In this document: in pieces, positions 42,187 through 53,918 of the stretch
How the letters are laid out: every line of letters starts with the position of its first letter
Numbering within the stretch: position 1 is the first letter of the stretch
Source: Deltaproteobacteria bacterium UBA6601
GTDB taxonomy: Bacteria > Myxococcota_A > UBA796 > UBA9615
DNA: 64,000 nt
Reading direction: 5' to 3'
NCBI GenBank assembly: GCA_002433485.1
Contig: DJIF01000130.1
Location: 26,553-90,552 of the forward strand
Translations under genes and position numbers: made by a program
The notes under the pieces: model-generated
What the model was told of the DNA's origin: nothing
Databases searched by the model: none
What the model saw: only the letters and a program-made list of their open reading frames with translations

Positions 42187-44475
42187 TCACACGCGGGGTG
42201 GGCAGGGGCTCAGTCCAATGCTCTCAGCGAAGCCCCCTTCAAAGGCCTTCCTCAGGCTCTCAGCACTCCGGTCCAGAACCACACTCCCCTGGGCGTCAAG
42301 GATGCGCAACCCCTCCCCACCGATGCTGCCAAGGGCGGTGGCCCGGCACTGCATCTCTTGACAGAGAGCCAGCAGTTCTGCTCTTCGCTCGTCCTCGACC
42401 GCAACCCAGGCGCAACCGTGGGTTTCACCAAACAGGCTTAGTTCCACGGCTTCTGCGCTGGGCGGGCAAGGCACCTGGATCTGACAACCGCTGGCCTTGC
42501 CCCTGCTGGAGATCAACATCTCAGCCAGCGAGGTTGCCAGCCCTCCTTCAGAGAGATCGTGAGCAGCCAACAGTAAGCCCCGCTGAGCAGCCTCTCGGAG
42601 CAGTTGGTGAAGCGCCAACTCCTCACTCCAGTAGACCTGCGGCGGCATGCCCTGTTCACTGTCGTGGATAACTCTGGCATAGGCGCTTCCGCCCAGCACC
42701 GGCCGGGGCGATCCCAGCAGGACCAGAGACCCGGCTGACGGCAGGGCCATACCCAGTGGCGATACTCCGGCCTCAATCAGCCCCACCATGCCGATGGTGG
42801 GGGTCGGGTGGATGCTCTGTTCGCCGGTCTCGTTGTAGAAGGACACGTTGCCCGAGACAATGGGGACATGGGCCTGGCGAAGCCCTTCGCCGAGGCCGAG
42901 CACCGCCTGCTCAAACTCCCACATCACATCCGGGCGCTCTGGATTGCCGAAGTTAAGACAATCGGTCGCGCCAATCGCTTGCGCCCCGGTGCACGCCAGG
43001 TTGCGGCAGGCCTCAGCAATGATTCCCTGGGCACCGCCAAAGGGGTCCAGTTTTACGTGTACTGAGTTGCCATCCACACAGACCGCAAGCATTCGCTTAG
43101 AACCGGGCAGCCGCAGCACGGCGGCGTCTGCATCGCCAGGACGCTCCAAAGTGCCCAGCCGCACCATGTGATCATATTGGCGATATACCCAGCGCTTATC
43201 CGCTATTCCCGGCGAACCCAGCAGGCGCTCCAGTACTGCAGCGCAGTCTCCATGAGCGGACAGCTCTGGGGTGGTCTGACGCTGCTTAAGATCTGCCGGC
43301 TTCTCGCGGGGCCGGTCGTAGTTGGGCGCCTCGTCCGTCAGGGCGAGAACTGGAATTGCAGCCACGGTCTGACCATCTTCGAGGATCCGCCAGCAGCCGT
43401 CATCGGTGACCTCGCCCACTACCACCGCTTCGAGGTCCCACTTGGTGAAGACCTCCTCCACGATGTGCTCGCGACCCGCCGCTGCGACGATCAACATCCG
43501 CTCTTGGGATTCGGAAAGGAGACACTCGTAAGGGGTCATTCCCGGCTCACGCCGCGGGATCCGATCCACATGGAGGACCAATCCCGTGCCGCCACGACCT
43601 GCCATCTCTACCGACGATGAAGTAAGCCCTGCTGCGCCCATGTCCTGGATCGCAATCACCGCATCTTGCTGCATCAACTCCATGCAGGCCTCGAGCAGCC
43701 TCTTCTCGGTGTAAGGATCCCCGACCTGCACGGTGGGTCGGCGTCCCTCTCCGCCCTCCTCGAAGGAGTCAGAAGCCATGGTGGCACCGTGAATTCCATC
43801 TCGCCCAGTCCGTGAACCAACGTAGAGGACCGGGTTGCCCGGGCCCGCGGCGATACCGCGAAAGATGCGATCTGCGGGAACAATCCCAACCGCCATAGCG
43901 TTAACCAGGATGTTGCCGTTGTAACAGCGGTTGAAGTCAATCTCGCCGCCAACGGTGGGGATCCCCATGCAGTTGCCGTACCCGGCGATACCGTCGACAA
44001 CCCCGTCCACCAGATACGAGGTGCGCGGGTGCTCGGGCGTGCCGAAGCGCAGCGAGTTCAGCAGGGCGATGGGCCGCGCGTTCATGGTGAATACGTCGCG
44101 CAGAATGCCACCAACGCCCGTAGCCGCACCCTGATAGGGCTCAATAAACGAGGGATGGTTGTGGCTCTCCATTTTGAAGCACACGCCCAGGCCGTCGCCC
44201 ACATCGACGACGCCAGCATTCTCGCCGGGTCCCTGCAGCACCCTTTCGCCCTCGGTGGGCAGGGTTTTCAGGAAGCGGCGCGAGGTCTTGTAAGAGCAGT
44301 GTTCTGACCACATTACCGAGAACACCCCAAGCTCAGTCCAGGTGGGCGGCCTGCCGAGGATGCCGAGGACCTTCTGGTACTCGTCCGGAGTGAGGCCATG
44401 CTCGGCGATGAGCTGGTCAGTGATCGCGGGGTCCCCCTGGCGAGGGTCAGCAGAGAAAGCGGCTGGAGGATTCAC
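42187..44475 (-). CDS. purL: phosphoribosylformylglycinamidine synthase subunit PurL
   Basis: PurM-like duplicated domains, 762 aa, upstream of purQ with 4-nt overlap. Confidence 0.9.
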   Translation of the reverse strand: MNPPAAFSADPRQGDPAITDQLIAEHGLTPDEYQKVLGILGRPPTWTELGVFSVMWSEHCSYKTSRRFLKTLPTEGERVLQGPGENAGVVDVGDGLGVCFKMESHNHPSFIEPYQGAATGVGGILRDVFTMNARPIALLNSLRFGTPEHPRTSYLVDGVVDGIAGYGNCMGIPTVGGEIDFNRCYNGNILVNAMAVGIVPADRIFRGIAAGPGNPVLYVGSRTGRDGIHGATMASDSFEEGGEGRRPTVQVGDPYTEKRLLEACMELMQQDAVIAIQDMGAAGLTSSSVEMAGRGGTGLVLHVDRIPRREPGMTPYECLLSESQERMLIVAAAGREHIVEEVFTKWDLEAVVVGEVTDDGCWRILEDGQTVAAIPVLALTDEAPNYDRPREKPADLKQRQTTPELSAHGDCAAVLERLLGSPGIADKRWVYRQYDHMVRLGTLERPGDADAAVLRLPGSKRMLAVCVDGNSVHVKLDPFGGAQGIIAEACRNLACTGAQAIGATDCLNFGNPERPDVMWEFEQAVLGLGEGLRQAHVPIVSGNVSFYNETGEQSIHPTPTIGMVGLIEAGVSPLGMALPSAGSLVLLGSPRPVLGGSAYARVIHDSEQGMPPQVYWSEELALHQLLREAAQRGLLLAAHDLSEGGLATSLAEMLISSRGKASGCQIQVPCPPSAEAVELSLFGETHGCAWVAVEDERRAELLALCQEMQCRATALGSIGGEGLRILDAQGSVVLDRSAESLRKAFEGGFAESIGLSPCPPRV

Positions 44476-45164
44476 GCGCGGGCCTCGAAGCTGTGGATGA
44501 TAGAGCGAAAAATGGCCGCGCCACTGGCGTCACCCAGAGCTGTCTCTGAGTTGCGCTCCGGGTGGGGCATCATGCCGAGCACATTGCCGGCTTCGTTGAT
44601 GATTCCTGCAATGTTGTTGATCGATCCATTGGGATTGGACTCGGCCAGCTCTTCGCCGCGACTGCTGGCATAGCGAAAGATCACCCGCCCCTGTTCTTCC
44701 AGCTGGCCGATGACTTCAGGAGACGCGAAGTAGCAGCCCTCGGCATGAGCAATAGGAGCCACCAGGGTCTCCGGGCACAGTACCGTCCAGGGAGAGTGTC
44801 CGTTCGCTACCACCAGGCGGGTGTCCTCACAGATGAATTTGAGTCCTTGGTTGCGCAACAAAACCCCAGGTAGCAATCCTGTCTCGGTCAGCACCTGGAA
44901 GCCGTTGCAGATGCCGATGACATAGCCGCCCTCGTTAGCAAATCGAACCACAGCGTCCATGATCGGTGAGAACCGGGCGATCGCCCCGCAGCGCAGGTAA
45001 TCGCCGTAGCTGAAGCCACCGGGCAGGATCACGCAGTCCACATCTTCAAGATCCGTTTCCTTATGCCAGATGAAGCGGGCCTCGTGCCCGAGAACATGAG
45101 ACACCACATGGTGGGCGTCTTGGTCACAGTTGGACCCGGGAAAAGTGACAATGCCAAAGCGCAT
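44472..45164 (-). CDS. purQ: phosphoribosylformylglycinamidine synthase subunit PurQ (glutaminase)
   Basis: Class-I GATase triad context (GICNGFQ, HPE). Approximately 230 aa. Confidence 0.9.
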   Translation of the reverse strand: MRFGIVTFPGSNCDQDAHHVVSHVLGHEARFIWHKETDLEDVDCVILPGGFSYGDYLRCGAIARFSPIMDAVVRFANEGGYVIGICNGFQVLTETGLLPGVLLRNQGLKFICEDTRLVVANGHSPWTVLCPETLVAPIAHAEGCYFASPEVIGQLEEQGRVIFRYASSRGEELAESNPNGSINNIAGIINEAGNVLGMMPHPERNSETALGDASGAAIFRSIIHSFEARA

Positions 45165-45167
45165 GAG

Positions 45168-45413
45168 CTACCCGAGGACTTCAACGCTGAAGTCTTCGAC
45201 CACCTCATTGGCCAGCAGCTGGCTGGCCATCTTGCGAGCGGTGGCGAGGGCGGCTTCAGGGTCCGACTCGGAGGTCAGTTCCAGGTCAACAACCTTGCCG
45301 ACCCGCACTTCTCCAAGTCCTGAAAATCCAAGGTTGCTGAGGCCGTGCGCGACGGCCTGTCCCTGGGGGTCAAGGACCCCTCTGCGCGGTGTTACATGGA
45401 CTCGAATTCGCAC
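45168..45413 (-). CDS. purS: phosphoribosylformylglycinamidine synthase subunit PurS
   Basis: GTG start (VRIRVHVTPRRGVLDPQG…) with AAAGAGG RBS. Approximately 81 aa PurS fold. The 166-aa track ORF is an upstream over-extension into the purB tail region. Confidence 0.8.
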   Translation of the reverse strand: MRIRVHVTPRRGVLDPQGQAVAHGLSNLGFSGLGEVRVGKVVDLELTSESDPEAALATARKMASQLLANEVVEDFSVEVLG

Positions 45414-45456
45414 TTCCTGACCTCTTTCTACAAAGCGGGAGGGGGGGGCGATCACA

Positions 45457-46752
<1,296 letters not shown>

Positions 46753-46904
46753 AGCGGAGCTCCTTGTCCAACGCGACAGTCTCCCCGCAATCGGGACACT
46801 GCGCTGTGGTCTGGCACGATGGGCGCGGAGTGTAACAGGGCGATTTCCAGCTGTCAGCAGCAGAACCAAGGCTCGTCAAATTCGCCCTGCTCAAGGGGCC
46901 TGAG

Positions 46905-47714
46905 TCAGGGCCTGCCAACGGTGATGATGGAGCCTGGGCCCTGTTGTCGCAGAACCTCCAATCGAACCCGCCTCTGCTGGGGGCCGGACAGGGCATCCCC
47001 CGCGGCGGCGAGCGCCAGCTCAGGACAATTGTTTTTTTCGCTGAGGTGGGCGAGAAGAACAGCCTCAAGATGGGGTCCGGCTACCGCCTCCAGCAACTTT
47101 CCGGCCTGCTCATTGGAGAGGTGTCCATGACGGGACCGCACCCGTTGCTTGAGTTGCCACGGATAAGGCCCATCCAGAAGCATGCCTACATCATGGTTAA
47201 ACTCCAGCAACAATAATTGGCAACGTTTTAGCTTGTCGATCACGAGGCGAGTCACAGAGCCCAGATCGGTACAGATTCCCAACCAACGCCCTGCCCTGCC
47301 AATCAAGTAGGCGACCGCATCCACACTATCGTGAGGGATGCGGAACGGCTCCACTTCAAAACCAGCAAGAAAAAAAGGCTCGCCTGGCGTGAAGCTATGC
47401 AGCTCAATGTCAGCAGGCAAACGTAATGCGGAGCTGGCGGCAGCGCTAACATATACCGGTAGTTTGAGTCGTTGAGCGGTGACTCTTAGTCCGGCGATGT
47501 GATCGCTGTGTTCGTGGGTAATCAAGATCCCTTTCAGGCTCAAAGGGGCAAGACCCGCCGCTTCCATTCTCATTAGGACCTGCTTGCAGCTCACTCCGCA
47601 GTCCACCAGCAGCGCAGAACTACCGCTGACCACCACTGTGGCGTTGCCTTTGCTGCCGGATGCCAATGAGACCACCTTAAGTTGTTCAAAACAGAACCTT
47701 TCCTGCAGCTCCAT
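46905..47714 (-). CDS. MBL-fold metallo-hydrolase
   Basis: Start MELQERF (ATGA overlap with upstream gene). HxHxDH motif ILITHEHSDHIAG and downstream His/Asp ligands. Confidence 0.7.
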   Translation of the reverse strand: MELQERFCFEQLKVVSLASGSKGNATVVVSGSSALLVDCGVSCKQVLMRMEAAGLAPLSLKGILITHEHSDHIAGLRVTAQRLKLPVYVSAAASSALRLPADIELHSFTPGEPFFLAGFEVEPFRIPHDSVDAVAYLIGRAGRWLGICTDLGSVTRLVIDKLKRCQLLLLEFNHDVGMLLDGPYPWQLKQRVRSRHGHLSNEQAGKLLEAVAGPHLEAVLLAHLSEKNNCPELALAAAGDALSGPQQRRVRLEVLRQQGPGSIITVGRP

Positions 47715-48886
47715 CAGAGCAGCCTCCGTGGATGGAGGAAGGCGGGCGTCGAGTCCTTTTCTGTGCGGCCCAGAATGCCCGCTGCCAGGGCGCTGGCCGC
47801 AGCGCCGGCGAGGGATAACCCCCAGCCGCCAAAGCCAGCCAGAACCTGCACTCTGGGCCGCCCTGGCAGCGAACCTACCAGGGGCAGACCATCGCAACTC
47901 CAGGTAGTGATCCCCGACCAGCGTTCCTGGACCCTGGCCGCCTGCGCCCAAGGCAGGTAGTGGTTGATGAACTCGAGTTGCCGCTGGAACACCCCTTCCG
48001 ACAGGGTCAACGGGTTGGTGATTCCGGCACCCATCTCCGGCTGCTCTGCCCAGCGGCAACCGCTGAAGACCAATGCACCGGAAGCTTCTTGCATCCAGCT
48101 TTCAAAGCGGTGTCGAGCAAGCACCGGCACGCGCCGCTGCTTATCCAGCAGCGCAAGAGGCGCCGTCCGGAGAGCTTGTTGCCGAACTGGATAGAGCTTG
48201 TCAGCGAGCGCGCTATGAACTGCCGCACCACCCCAGCCAGCTGCAATCACAACCACTTCGGCGAGCTTGATCTCACCCCCGGCAAGTCGAACTTGCAGAG
48301 CTCCGCCAGGGCTTTTTCTGTCGATCAACTGGGCATCGCCTGGCAGCCAACCACAGCGCCCCTTTAGCCGGCCGCGAAGCGCAGCGCTTAGGGCGCCCGG
48401 GTCAAGCCATCCGTCCCCGGATATGTAGGTGGCTGCAACCAGCCCGGCTCCGAGTTCCGTGAGCTCATCTTCAGTAGCCAGCCTTGCCCTCTGCAGCCCA
48501 CCCTGGCTCCAACTCTGGATGAGTGCTCTTGCTGCAGTCCACTCTTCAGCTTCCTGATCGTCAAGGGCCGCGCGAAAGCTGCCAGCGCGGCCGTGGGCGA
48601 TGTTGAGCTTACCGGCCAGCTCCAGCAGGCCAGACACGGAACGCTGGGACCACTGCCAATAAGCTCTGGCTCGCTCTTCTCCAAGCCCATTACACAGACG
48701 CGCCGGGCTGTCCGCCCCGCCACAGGCGACCAGGCCCAGGCTGCGCTCGATGGTTGCTGTCACCACAGGACTGCCGATTCGCAACACAGCGCAATGGTCA
48801 GCCAGCAGATCGCTCAGCAGCAGCCCACTGAGACCGTCACCAATAACGATGACATCAAAGCACTGGGCGCTATCGGAGTAGCTCAC
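47714..48886 (-). CDS. FAD-dependent oxidoreductase (DAO family; glycine/D-amino-acid oxidase-like)
   Basis: N-terminal dinucleotide-binding motif VIVIGDGLSGL. DAO-family length and C-terminal GxGxxG-like GFGGWGLSLA. Confidence 0.65.
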   Translation of the reverse strand: MSYSDSAQCFDVIVIGDGLSGLLLSDLLADHCAVLRIGSPVVTATIERSLGLVACGGADSPARLCNGLGEERARAYWQWSQRSVSGLLELAGKLNIAHGRAGSFRAALDDQEAEEWTAARALIQSWSQGGLQRARLATEDELTELGAGLVAATYISGDGWLDPGALSAALRGRLKGRCGWLPGDAQLIDRKSPGGALQVRLAGGEIKLAEVVVIAAGWGGAAVHSALADKLYPVRQQALRTAPLALLDKQRRVPVLARHRFESWMQEASGALVFSGCRWAEQPEMGAGITNPLTLSEGVFQRQLEFINHYLPWAQAARVQERWSGITTWSCDGLPLVGSLPGRPRVQVLAGFGGWGLSLAGAAASALAAGILGRTEKDSTPAFLHPRRLL

Positions 48887-50607
48887 TTGATGCGGTAGCC
48901 ACCCATCTCATTGTTAAAAATCCAGGCCACCACATCACCGATCTTAAAGCCGACAGGCAAGTAGGTGCGCCGAGAGACTGCAGCAGATCCTTTGCGGGTT
49001 AGTTCCTCGCGGGCCCGTTCCATTTGGGTGAACCGCTCCTGCCAGCGCCTCATGTTGGCTGGGCGAAGATCGATCCAACCGCGCCGCGCCCAGAGGTCCA
49101 GGTCTGCCGGACTGTTGATCCTGGCAACTTTGTTCTTACCCTTGATTTCCGGAACCTTGATCACCGGGCCCCGCAGGAAACGATCGCCATCGGGGAGCAG
49201 GATGGGAATGCCAATAGAAACGGCCTGACAAGCTACGGCGGAGCCTTTGAGCCCCTCAGCCAGACGGGTGGCGACATGCTCAGCAGCGATGGGCTGGCCG
49301 TCTGCGTCGTGGACTGAGTTGAGCAACGAGTCGCCGAATGCGTCTTTCAGCATCCAGGCCTCGAACAGGAGCTTACTCAACTCCGGCGGCCCGAGGGCTC
49401 CCAGGGCAATGGATGGGACGCCATGACTGGCTTCCAGGCGATGGAGGTCTTTCATCGCCACCTGCCTGAGTTGACCGGCTCGATACGATGAGGTCATTAC
49501 CGCGCCATCGAGGGCAGCGATAACGTCATTGCCGGTATTGCCACCGCTGATTTCCATCACGATTCGATCGGCGATCTCCTCGGGAGTAACGAACTCCATT
49601 TGCTTGAGCGCCGTAATCGCACCGAATTCGCCCTTAGCGAACAGTCCATTCTCACCCGTATTGACGACTGCTACCTCAAGATTCTCGCCAGTAGCTTGAT
49701 AGCGTTCTTCGCTTTCCTTGGTCACCAGTTCACTCAGGCTCGCGCCCGCTACCTCCTGGGGCTTATAGAGCGGCACTGCAGCGCCGCCATGGCCCGGTAT
49801 CTCGGTGATCTGCACCGCTCGATAGCCGATCATTGCGGCCGGCTTGATCTCCTTGACTGCTGGCGCCTCTGGAGTTCTGGCCAACAAAAACAGCAGGCCG
49901 GTGTGGGCAAAGGCCACGGCATTTTTGGCCAATAGCGTTCGGCTCGGCCGGTCCTCGCTATGAGTGTAGGGAATGTTAAGCCCCATGCCCCCGGTACCCG
50001 TGGTTCCTACCTTCACATAGATGGAGGTGTTGGCATCCGTTGTGGCCCGGAACAAGAGCCTCACGTGTCTGATGATCTGCGGCATCGCCTGGGCCAGCAA
50101 GCCGGTCTCCAAATCCGCAGGCAGGTCCGGGACAGCGCCCAGATCACCGCCATCAGTGAGCCGTCCCAGGTCGTAGCGCAGCGAAGCGGTGCTGTCGAAA
50201 ATATCCTGATAGGAAATCCCCGTAGCTGTGTTCACGCAGTCAACGATAGCGTCGGGTGAGTGGCGACGAATGATCACGGCGAGGTGATTGCACTGATATG
50301 CAGCCTCAAAGTCACCAAAGGTGAAGTCCAACAGCTTCTCGCGGCGGTCCGGGCTGCCGAGTATCTCGCCCCTGGACATGTGCGCGAACTCAGTGGGGAC
50401 GAACAGGTTGCCGGCTTCAGGGACCCACTCGACCTCAGGATGCTCGGCGACCAACTCCTTCACCGCAGCTTGAGACTCCGCCAGCTTCAAAGAGGCGACC
50501 ACCACCCGCTTTGGCTGCAGCTCCCTGGCGAGCAGACGGCAGGTCGCCATGCCCACGAGGCCTGCGCCCCCGAATAGCAGGAAGGTTGAGTTCTGGTGCA
50601 CGTTCAT
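48883..50607 (-). CDS. NAD(P)-binding Rossmann-fold protein of unknown function (574 aa)
   Basis: N-terminal FLLFGGAGLVGMATCRLL dinucleotide-binding motif (saccharopine-dehydrogenase/SDR-like). Remainder unassignable by eye. 4-nt overlap with downstream FAD oxidoreductase. Confidence 0.5.
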   Translation of the reverse strand: MNVHQNSTFLLFGGAGLVGMATCRLLARELQPKRVVVASLKLAESQAAVKELVAEHPEVEWVPEAGNLFVPTEFAHMSRGEILGSPDRREKLLDFTFGDFEAAYQCNHLAVIIRRHSPDAIVDCVNTATGISYQDIFDSTASLRYDLGRLTDGGDLGAVPDLPADLETGLLAQAMPQIIRHVRLLFRATTDANTSIYVKVGTTGTGGMGLNIPYTHSEDRPSRTLLAKNAVAFAHTGLLFLLARTPEAPAVKEIKPAAMIGYRAVQITEIPGHGGAAVPLYKPQEVAGASLSELVTKESEERYQATGENLEVAVVNTGENGLFAKGEFGAITALKQMEFVTPEEIADRIVMEISGGNTGNDVIAALDGAVMTSSYRAGQLRQVAMKDLHRLEASHGVPSIALGALGPPELSKLLFEAWMLKDAFGDSLLNSVHDADGQPIAAEHVATRLAEGLKGSAVACQAVSIGIPILLPDGDRFLRGPVIKVPEIKGKNKVARINSPADLDLWARRGWIDLRPANMRRWQERFTQMERAREELTRKGSAAVSRRTYLPVGFKIGDVVAWIFNNEMGGYRIK

Positions 50608-50669
50608 GCTCCCGTTAGGAGGGGGTCGCGACTATACCAGCGCGTAGCTATCCATGTACCCTTGGCAGC

Positions 50670-51446
50670 GTGATGTCGTCCCTAAGTTCAGCCTTTTCCT
50701 TTCGCTGGCTTCGCTCCCTGGGGGTAGCGAGCTGCCTGCTCGGCGAGGTCGGCGGGGCGCTGCTTCGAAGGTCAGTCCCACTCCGTGAGGTGACAACTCA
50801 CGCGGCAACGCTCTGTGGGCGCTGCTTTATCCCGGTCAACATCACCATCTTTCCCTTTGGCGCGGTAATGGGTTTGCAGGGCATGCAGATTCTGGATTTG
50901 TTTTCCGCTCATCGTCTGGTGTCTACCCTGCTTGCCCAGTTCGTGATTCAGGAGCTGGGCCCGGTGCTGGCAGCGGTACTCGTGGCGGCCCAGGGCGGCT
51001 CAAGTTTTGCTGCTGAGCTCGGCACCATGCGCATCAAAGACGAAATCAGCGCGACCGAGGTGATGGCGGTGGACCCGATTGCCTGGCACGTCGCCCCCAG
51101 GCTACTGGCGATGGCCTTGGTGGTCCCGCTGCTGGTCGTGATCGCAAACTTTTTTGGCATTCTGGGCAGCTACACCGTCGCGGTCGGTCTGTACGATCAG
51201 GCGCATGGCGTTTTCATGGCCCATCTGTACGAGAATGTCGGCTCGCTGGATGTGCTGTTGTCGGCGCTTAAAGGATTGTGCTTTGGGGTCTTGATCGGCC
51301 TGATTGCAGTGTGGAAGGGCTTCACTGCTAGCGGTGGCGCCGAGGGTGTGGGCCGCGCCGTCAACGACACAGTGGTGCAGGCCGTCATGTTCATTTTGGT
51401 CTTTAACTATCTGCTGAGTTCGCTGTTCTTTGGCGGTGGCACATGA
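50670..51446 (+). CDS. MlaE/YrbE-family ABC transporter permease (paralog 1)
   Basis: MlaE-like polytopic permease. 4-nt overlap with paralog 2. Confidence 0.75.
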   Translation: MMSSLSSAFSFRWLRSLGVASCLLGEVGGALLRRSVPLREVTTHAATLCGRCFIPVNITIFPFGAVMGLQGMQILDLFSAHRLVSTLLAQFVIQELGPVLAAVLVAAQGGSSFAAELGTMRIKDEISATEVMAVDPIAWHVAPRLLAMALVVPLLVVIANFFGILGSYTVAVGLYDQAHGVFMAHLYENVGSLDVLLSALKGLCFGVLIGLIAVWKGFTASGGAEGVGRAVNDTVVQAVMFILVFNYLLSSLFFGGGT

Positions 51447-52198
51447 GCGCCGGACTCATGTCGGTCTCGGTACGGAAGATCGGAGCCTACGCGCTGTTCT
51501 GCTGCGATTGCGCAGTCAGCACCCTGCAGCATGGGGTGCGTTGGAACCGCGTCATGGAGGAAGGTCACAAGCTGGGAGTGAAGGCCTTCCCCGTACTGGC
51601 GGTGATGGCGGTCTTTGTGGGGACCAATCTGGCGATCCAGGGCTTTACCGCTTTTCGTCAGTTGGGCGCTGGCTCGCTGCTGGGGATGTTCGTGGCACTT
51701 GCCGGAGTTCGCGAGGTCTGCCCCATTCTTGCGGCGACAATGATTGCCGCTAAAGGCGGCACTGAGATGACCGCCCAGCTTGCGGTCATGAATACAAAAG
51801 AGCAGATCGATGCGCTGGAGGTGATGGCCGTAGACCCGCGCGCTGAGCTGGTTGCCCCATCAGTATTCGCCATCATGTTGGTGCTGCCAGCCCTGACCAT
51901 CATCGCGGTCGCATTCTCCATCGGCGCAGCCTATCTGGTGGCTGTCCACCAACTACATGTCGGCAGCGGAGATTTCCTCTATCACTGTCTTGGCAACTTC
52001 AGGATCTATGACCTGTGGGTTGGCCTGCTCAAGGCCTGTGTCTTTGGCATCGTGATCGCTTCGGTCTCTGGCTACTTCGGCTTCCATTCGGAGCGTGGGC
52101 CTGCAGGGGTCGGGCGGTCTACCAATCAAGCGGTGGTAGCGATGTGTGTGGTCTGCGTTTCTCTAAACTTCCTGCTAAGTGCAATCGCCTATGGCTAG
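51443..52198 (+). CDS. MlaE/YrbE-family ABC transporter permease (paralog 2)
   Basis: Paralogous to previous ORF (…EVMAVDP…, …GGAEGVGRA… motifs conserved in both). Confidence 0.75.
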   Translation: MSAGLMSVSVRKIGAYALFCCDCAVSTLQHGVRWNRVMEEGHKLGVKAFPVLAVMAVFVGTNLAIQGFTAFRQLGAGSLLGMFVALAGVREVCPILAATMIAAKGGTEMTAQLAVMNTKEQIDALEVMAVDPRAELVAPSVFAIMLVLPALTIIAVAFSIGAAYLVAVHQLHVGSGDFLYHCLGNFRIYDLWVGLLKACVFGIVIASVSGYFGFHSERGPAGVGRSTNQAVVAMCVVCVSLNFLLSAIAYG

Positions 52199-52982
52199 CT
52201 TCTCATTTGGTCGAGAGCGGGGTCATCCGATCATCTGCTTCCGCAACGTACGCAAGGCGTTCGGGCCAAAGGTCGTGCTCGATGGGGTGGACATGGAATT
52301 ACGCTCCGGCGAGACCTCGGTCATTATTGGCCCCTCGGGCGCTGGAAAGTCGGTCTGCCTGAAGCTGCTCGTGGGCCTGCTTGAGCCCGACCAAGGCGAG
52401 GTCTGGGTCGATGGGGTTCAGGTAAACAGTGCCAATGAAAACGACCTGTATGCGCTTCGCAAGCGTATTGGCATGCTGTTTCAGGATGGCGCCTTGTTTG
52501 ACTCCATGAGCGTAGCCGACAACATTGCCTTCCCGCTTCGTCGCCATACTCGGCTGGGTGAAGATGCGATTCGAGCCAAAGTCTGTGCGGTGCTGGACCA
52601 AGTGGGCCTGCCGGGCGTTGAACAGCAGATGCCGGCAGAATTGAGCGGCGGAATGCGCAAAAGGGTCAGCCTGGCTCGGGCCATCATCACTGAGCCGCAG
52701 ATCATTCTGTTTGATGAGCCAAACTCAGGGCTGGACCCGGTTCGTTCCGACGAGATAGACGCCTTGATTCAGCGGATGAAGGTCGAGCTGGGGATTACCT
52801 TTGTGATCATTTCACATGACATCGTAGGGACCTTTCGGGTAGCTGATCATATCGCGATGTTGCACGGCGGAACCCTCATCGCCCAGGGGAGCCCGAGCGA
52901 CCTGCTACGATCTCCTAAGGCGGAGGTCCGCCGCTTTCTGTCCCGCAACCTGGGACTGCCGTCCCTTCCGGAGAGACCCTAA
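52179..52982 (+). CDS. MlaF/Mkl-type ABC transporter ATP-binding protein
   Basis: Walker A GPSGAGKS, signature LSGGMRKRVSLARA, Walker B ILFDEP. Confidence 0.85.
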   Translation: MQSPMASFSFGRERGHPIICFRNVRKAFGPKVVLDGVDMELRSGETSVIIGPSGAGKSVCLKLLVGLLEPDQGEVWVDGVQVNSANENDLYALRKRIGMLFQDGALFDSMSVADNIAFPLRRHTRLGEDAIRAKVCAVLDQVGLPGVEQQMPAELSGGMRKRVSLARAIITEPQIILFDEPNSGLDPVRSDEIDALIQRMKVELGITFVIISHDIVGTFRVADHIAMLHGGTLIAQGSPSDLLRSPKAEVRRFLSRNLGLPSLPERP

Positions 52983-53903
52983 GTGACCAGGAATCGCAGC
53001 CCAGGGGCAGAACTTCGCGTCGGATTATTGGTCTTGTTGGCGCTCGCCATCTTTGCCTGGCTTAGCGTTGGTGTAGGAGGGCTGCAGCTCGGGCCGAGCC
53101 TCGAAGTCCAGGCGGTGTTTGATGACGCTGCCGGTTTGGTGCCGGACTCGGCGGTGAAGGTTGCTGGGGTTCGAGTCGGGAGTGTGTTGACCCTTAAGGT
53201 GGAGAAGGATCAGGCGGTGGCCACCCTGCGCCTAGACCCCGCGGCCGAGTTACGCCAGGACGTCAGGGCAGAGATCCGCGCGCGAAGTCTGTTGGGTGAG
53301 AAGTACATCGCCCTTACCCCGATCGGGAGTCAGGCTCCCCTGCTCCAGAGCGGTGACCAGATTGCGGACACCCGGCCCGGCATTGAAATCGGCAAGCTCG
53401 TCTCCCAGTTCGGGCCTCTGCTCGCCAACATCGACCCAGACGACATGGCTCGGCTGGTCCAGAATCTGGGCGAATTGACCGCCGGCATGGGCAAAGAGGC
53501 GCCAGAGCTGATGACCTCGCTGCGATCGCTCGTCACCAAGCTTGACGGTGCGGCCGAGATGCTGCCGGAAGTTAAACAGGAATTACCCCTGTTGCTCACC
53601 GATCTGCGCCGCCTAAGCTGGAAGCTGGAGCGGTCGCTGCAACGGGCCGACCAGATGGTTGCCAATGCTGACGTCGCCGCGCAGGCGGTCCCCATCACGA
53701 CGCAGAAAGTCAACGCCACCCTCGATCAACTCAGCCCAGGACTCGACGACCTGAATCGGGCATTGGAGCAATCGGATGAGGCCGTTGCCCGCCTCAACAA
53801 GGCTCTGACCAAGCTCGACGGCTTTAACGAGGAGTCGCTGCGGCGCTTGCTCAGAGAAGAGGGTGTGCTGGTGCGGCTGCGCCCCCAGCGCACCAAGAAC
53901 TGA
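52983..53903 (+). CDS. MCE/MlaD-family substrate-binding protein with extended helical C-terminus
   Basis: N-terminal TM anchor + MCE domain (VKVAGVRVGSV…). Coiled-coil tail. Confidence 0.8.
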   Translation: MTRNRSPGAELRVGLLVLLALAIFAWLSVGVGGLQLGPSLEVQAVFDDAAGLVPDSAVKVAGVRVGSVLTLKVEKDQAVATLRLDPAAELRQDVRAEIRARSLLGEKYIALTPIGSQAPLLQSGDQIADTRPGIEIGKLVSQFGPLLANIDPDDMARLVQNLGELTAGMGKEAPELMTSLRSLVTKLDGAAEMLPEVKQELPLLLTDLRRLSWKLERSLQRADQMVANADVAAQAVPITTQKVNATLDQLSPGLDDLNRALEQSDEAVARLNKALTKLDGFNEESLRRLLREEGVLVRLRPQRTKN

Positions 53904-53918
53904 GCGACTGCTTGCCAA

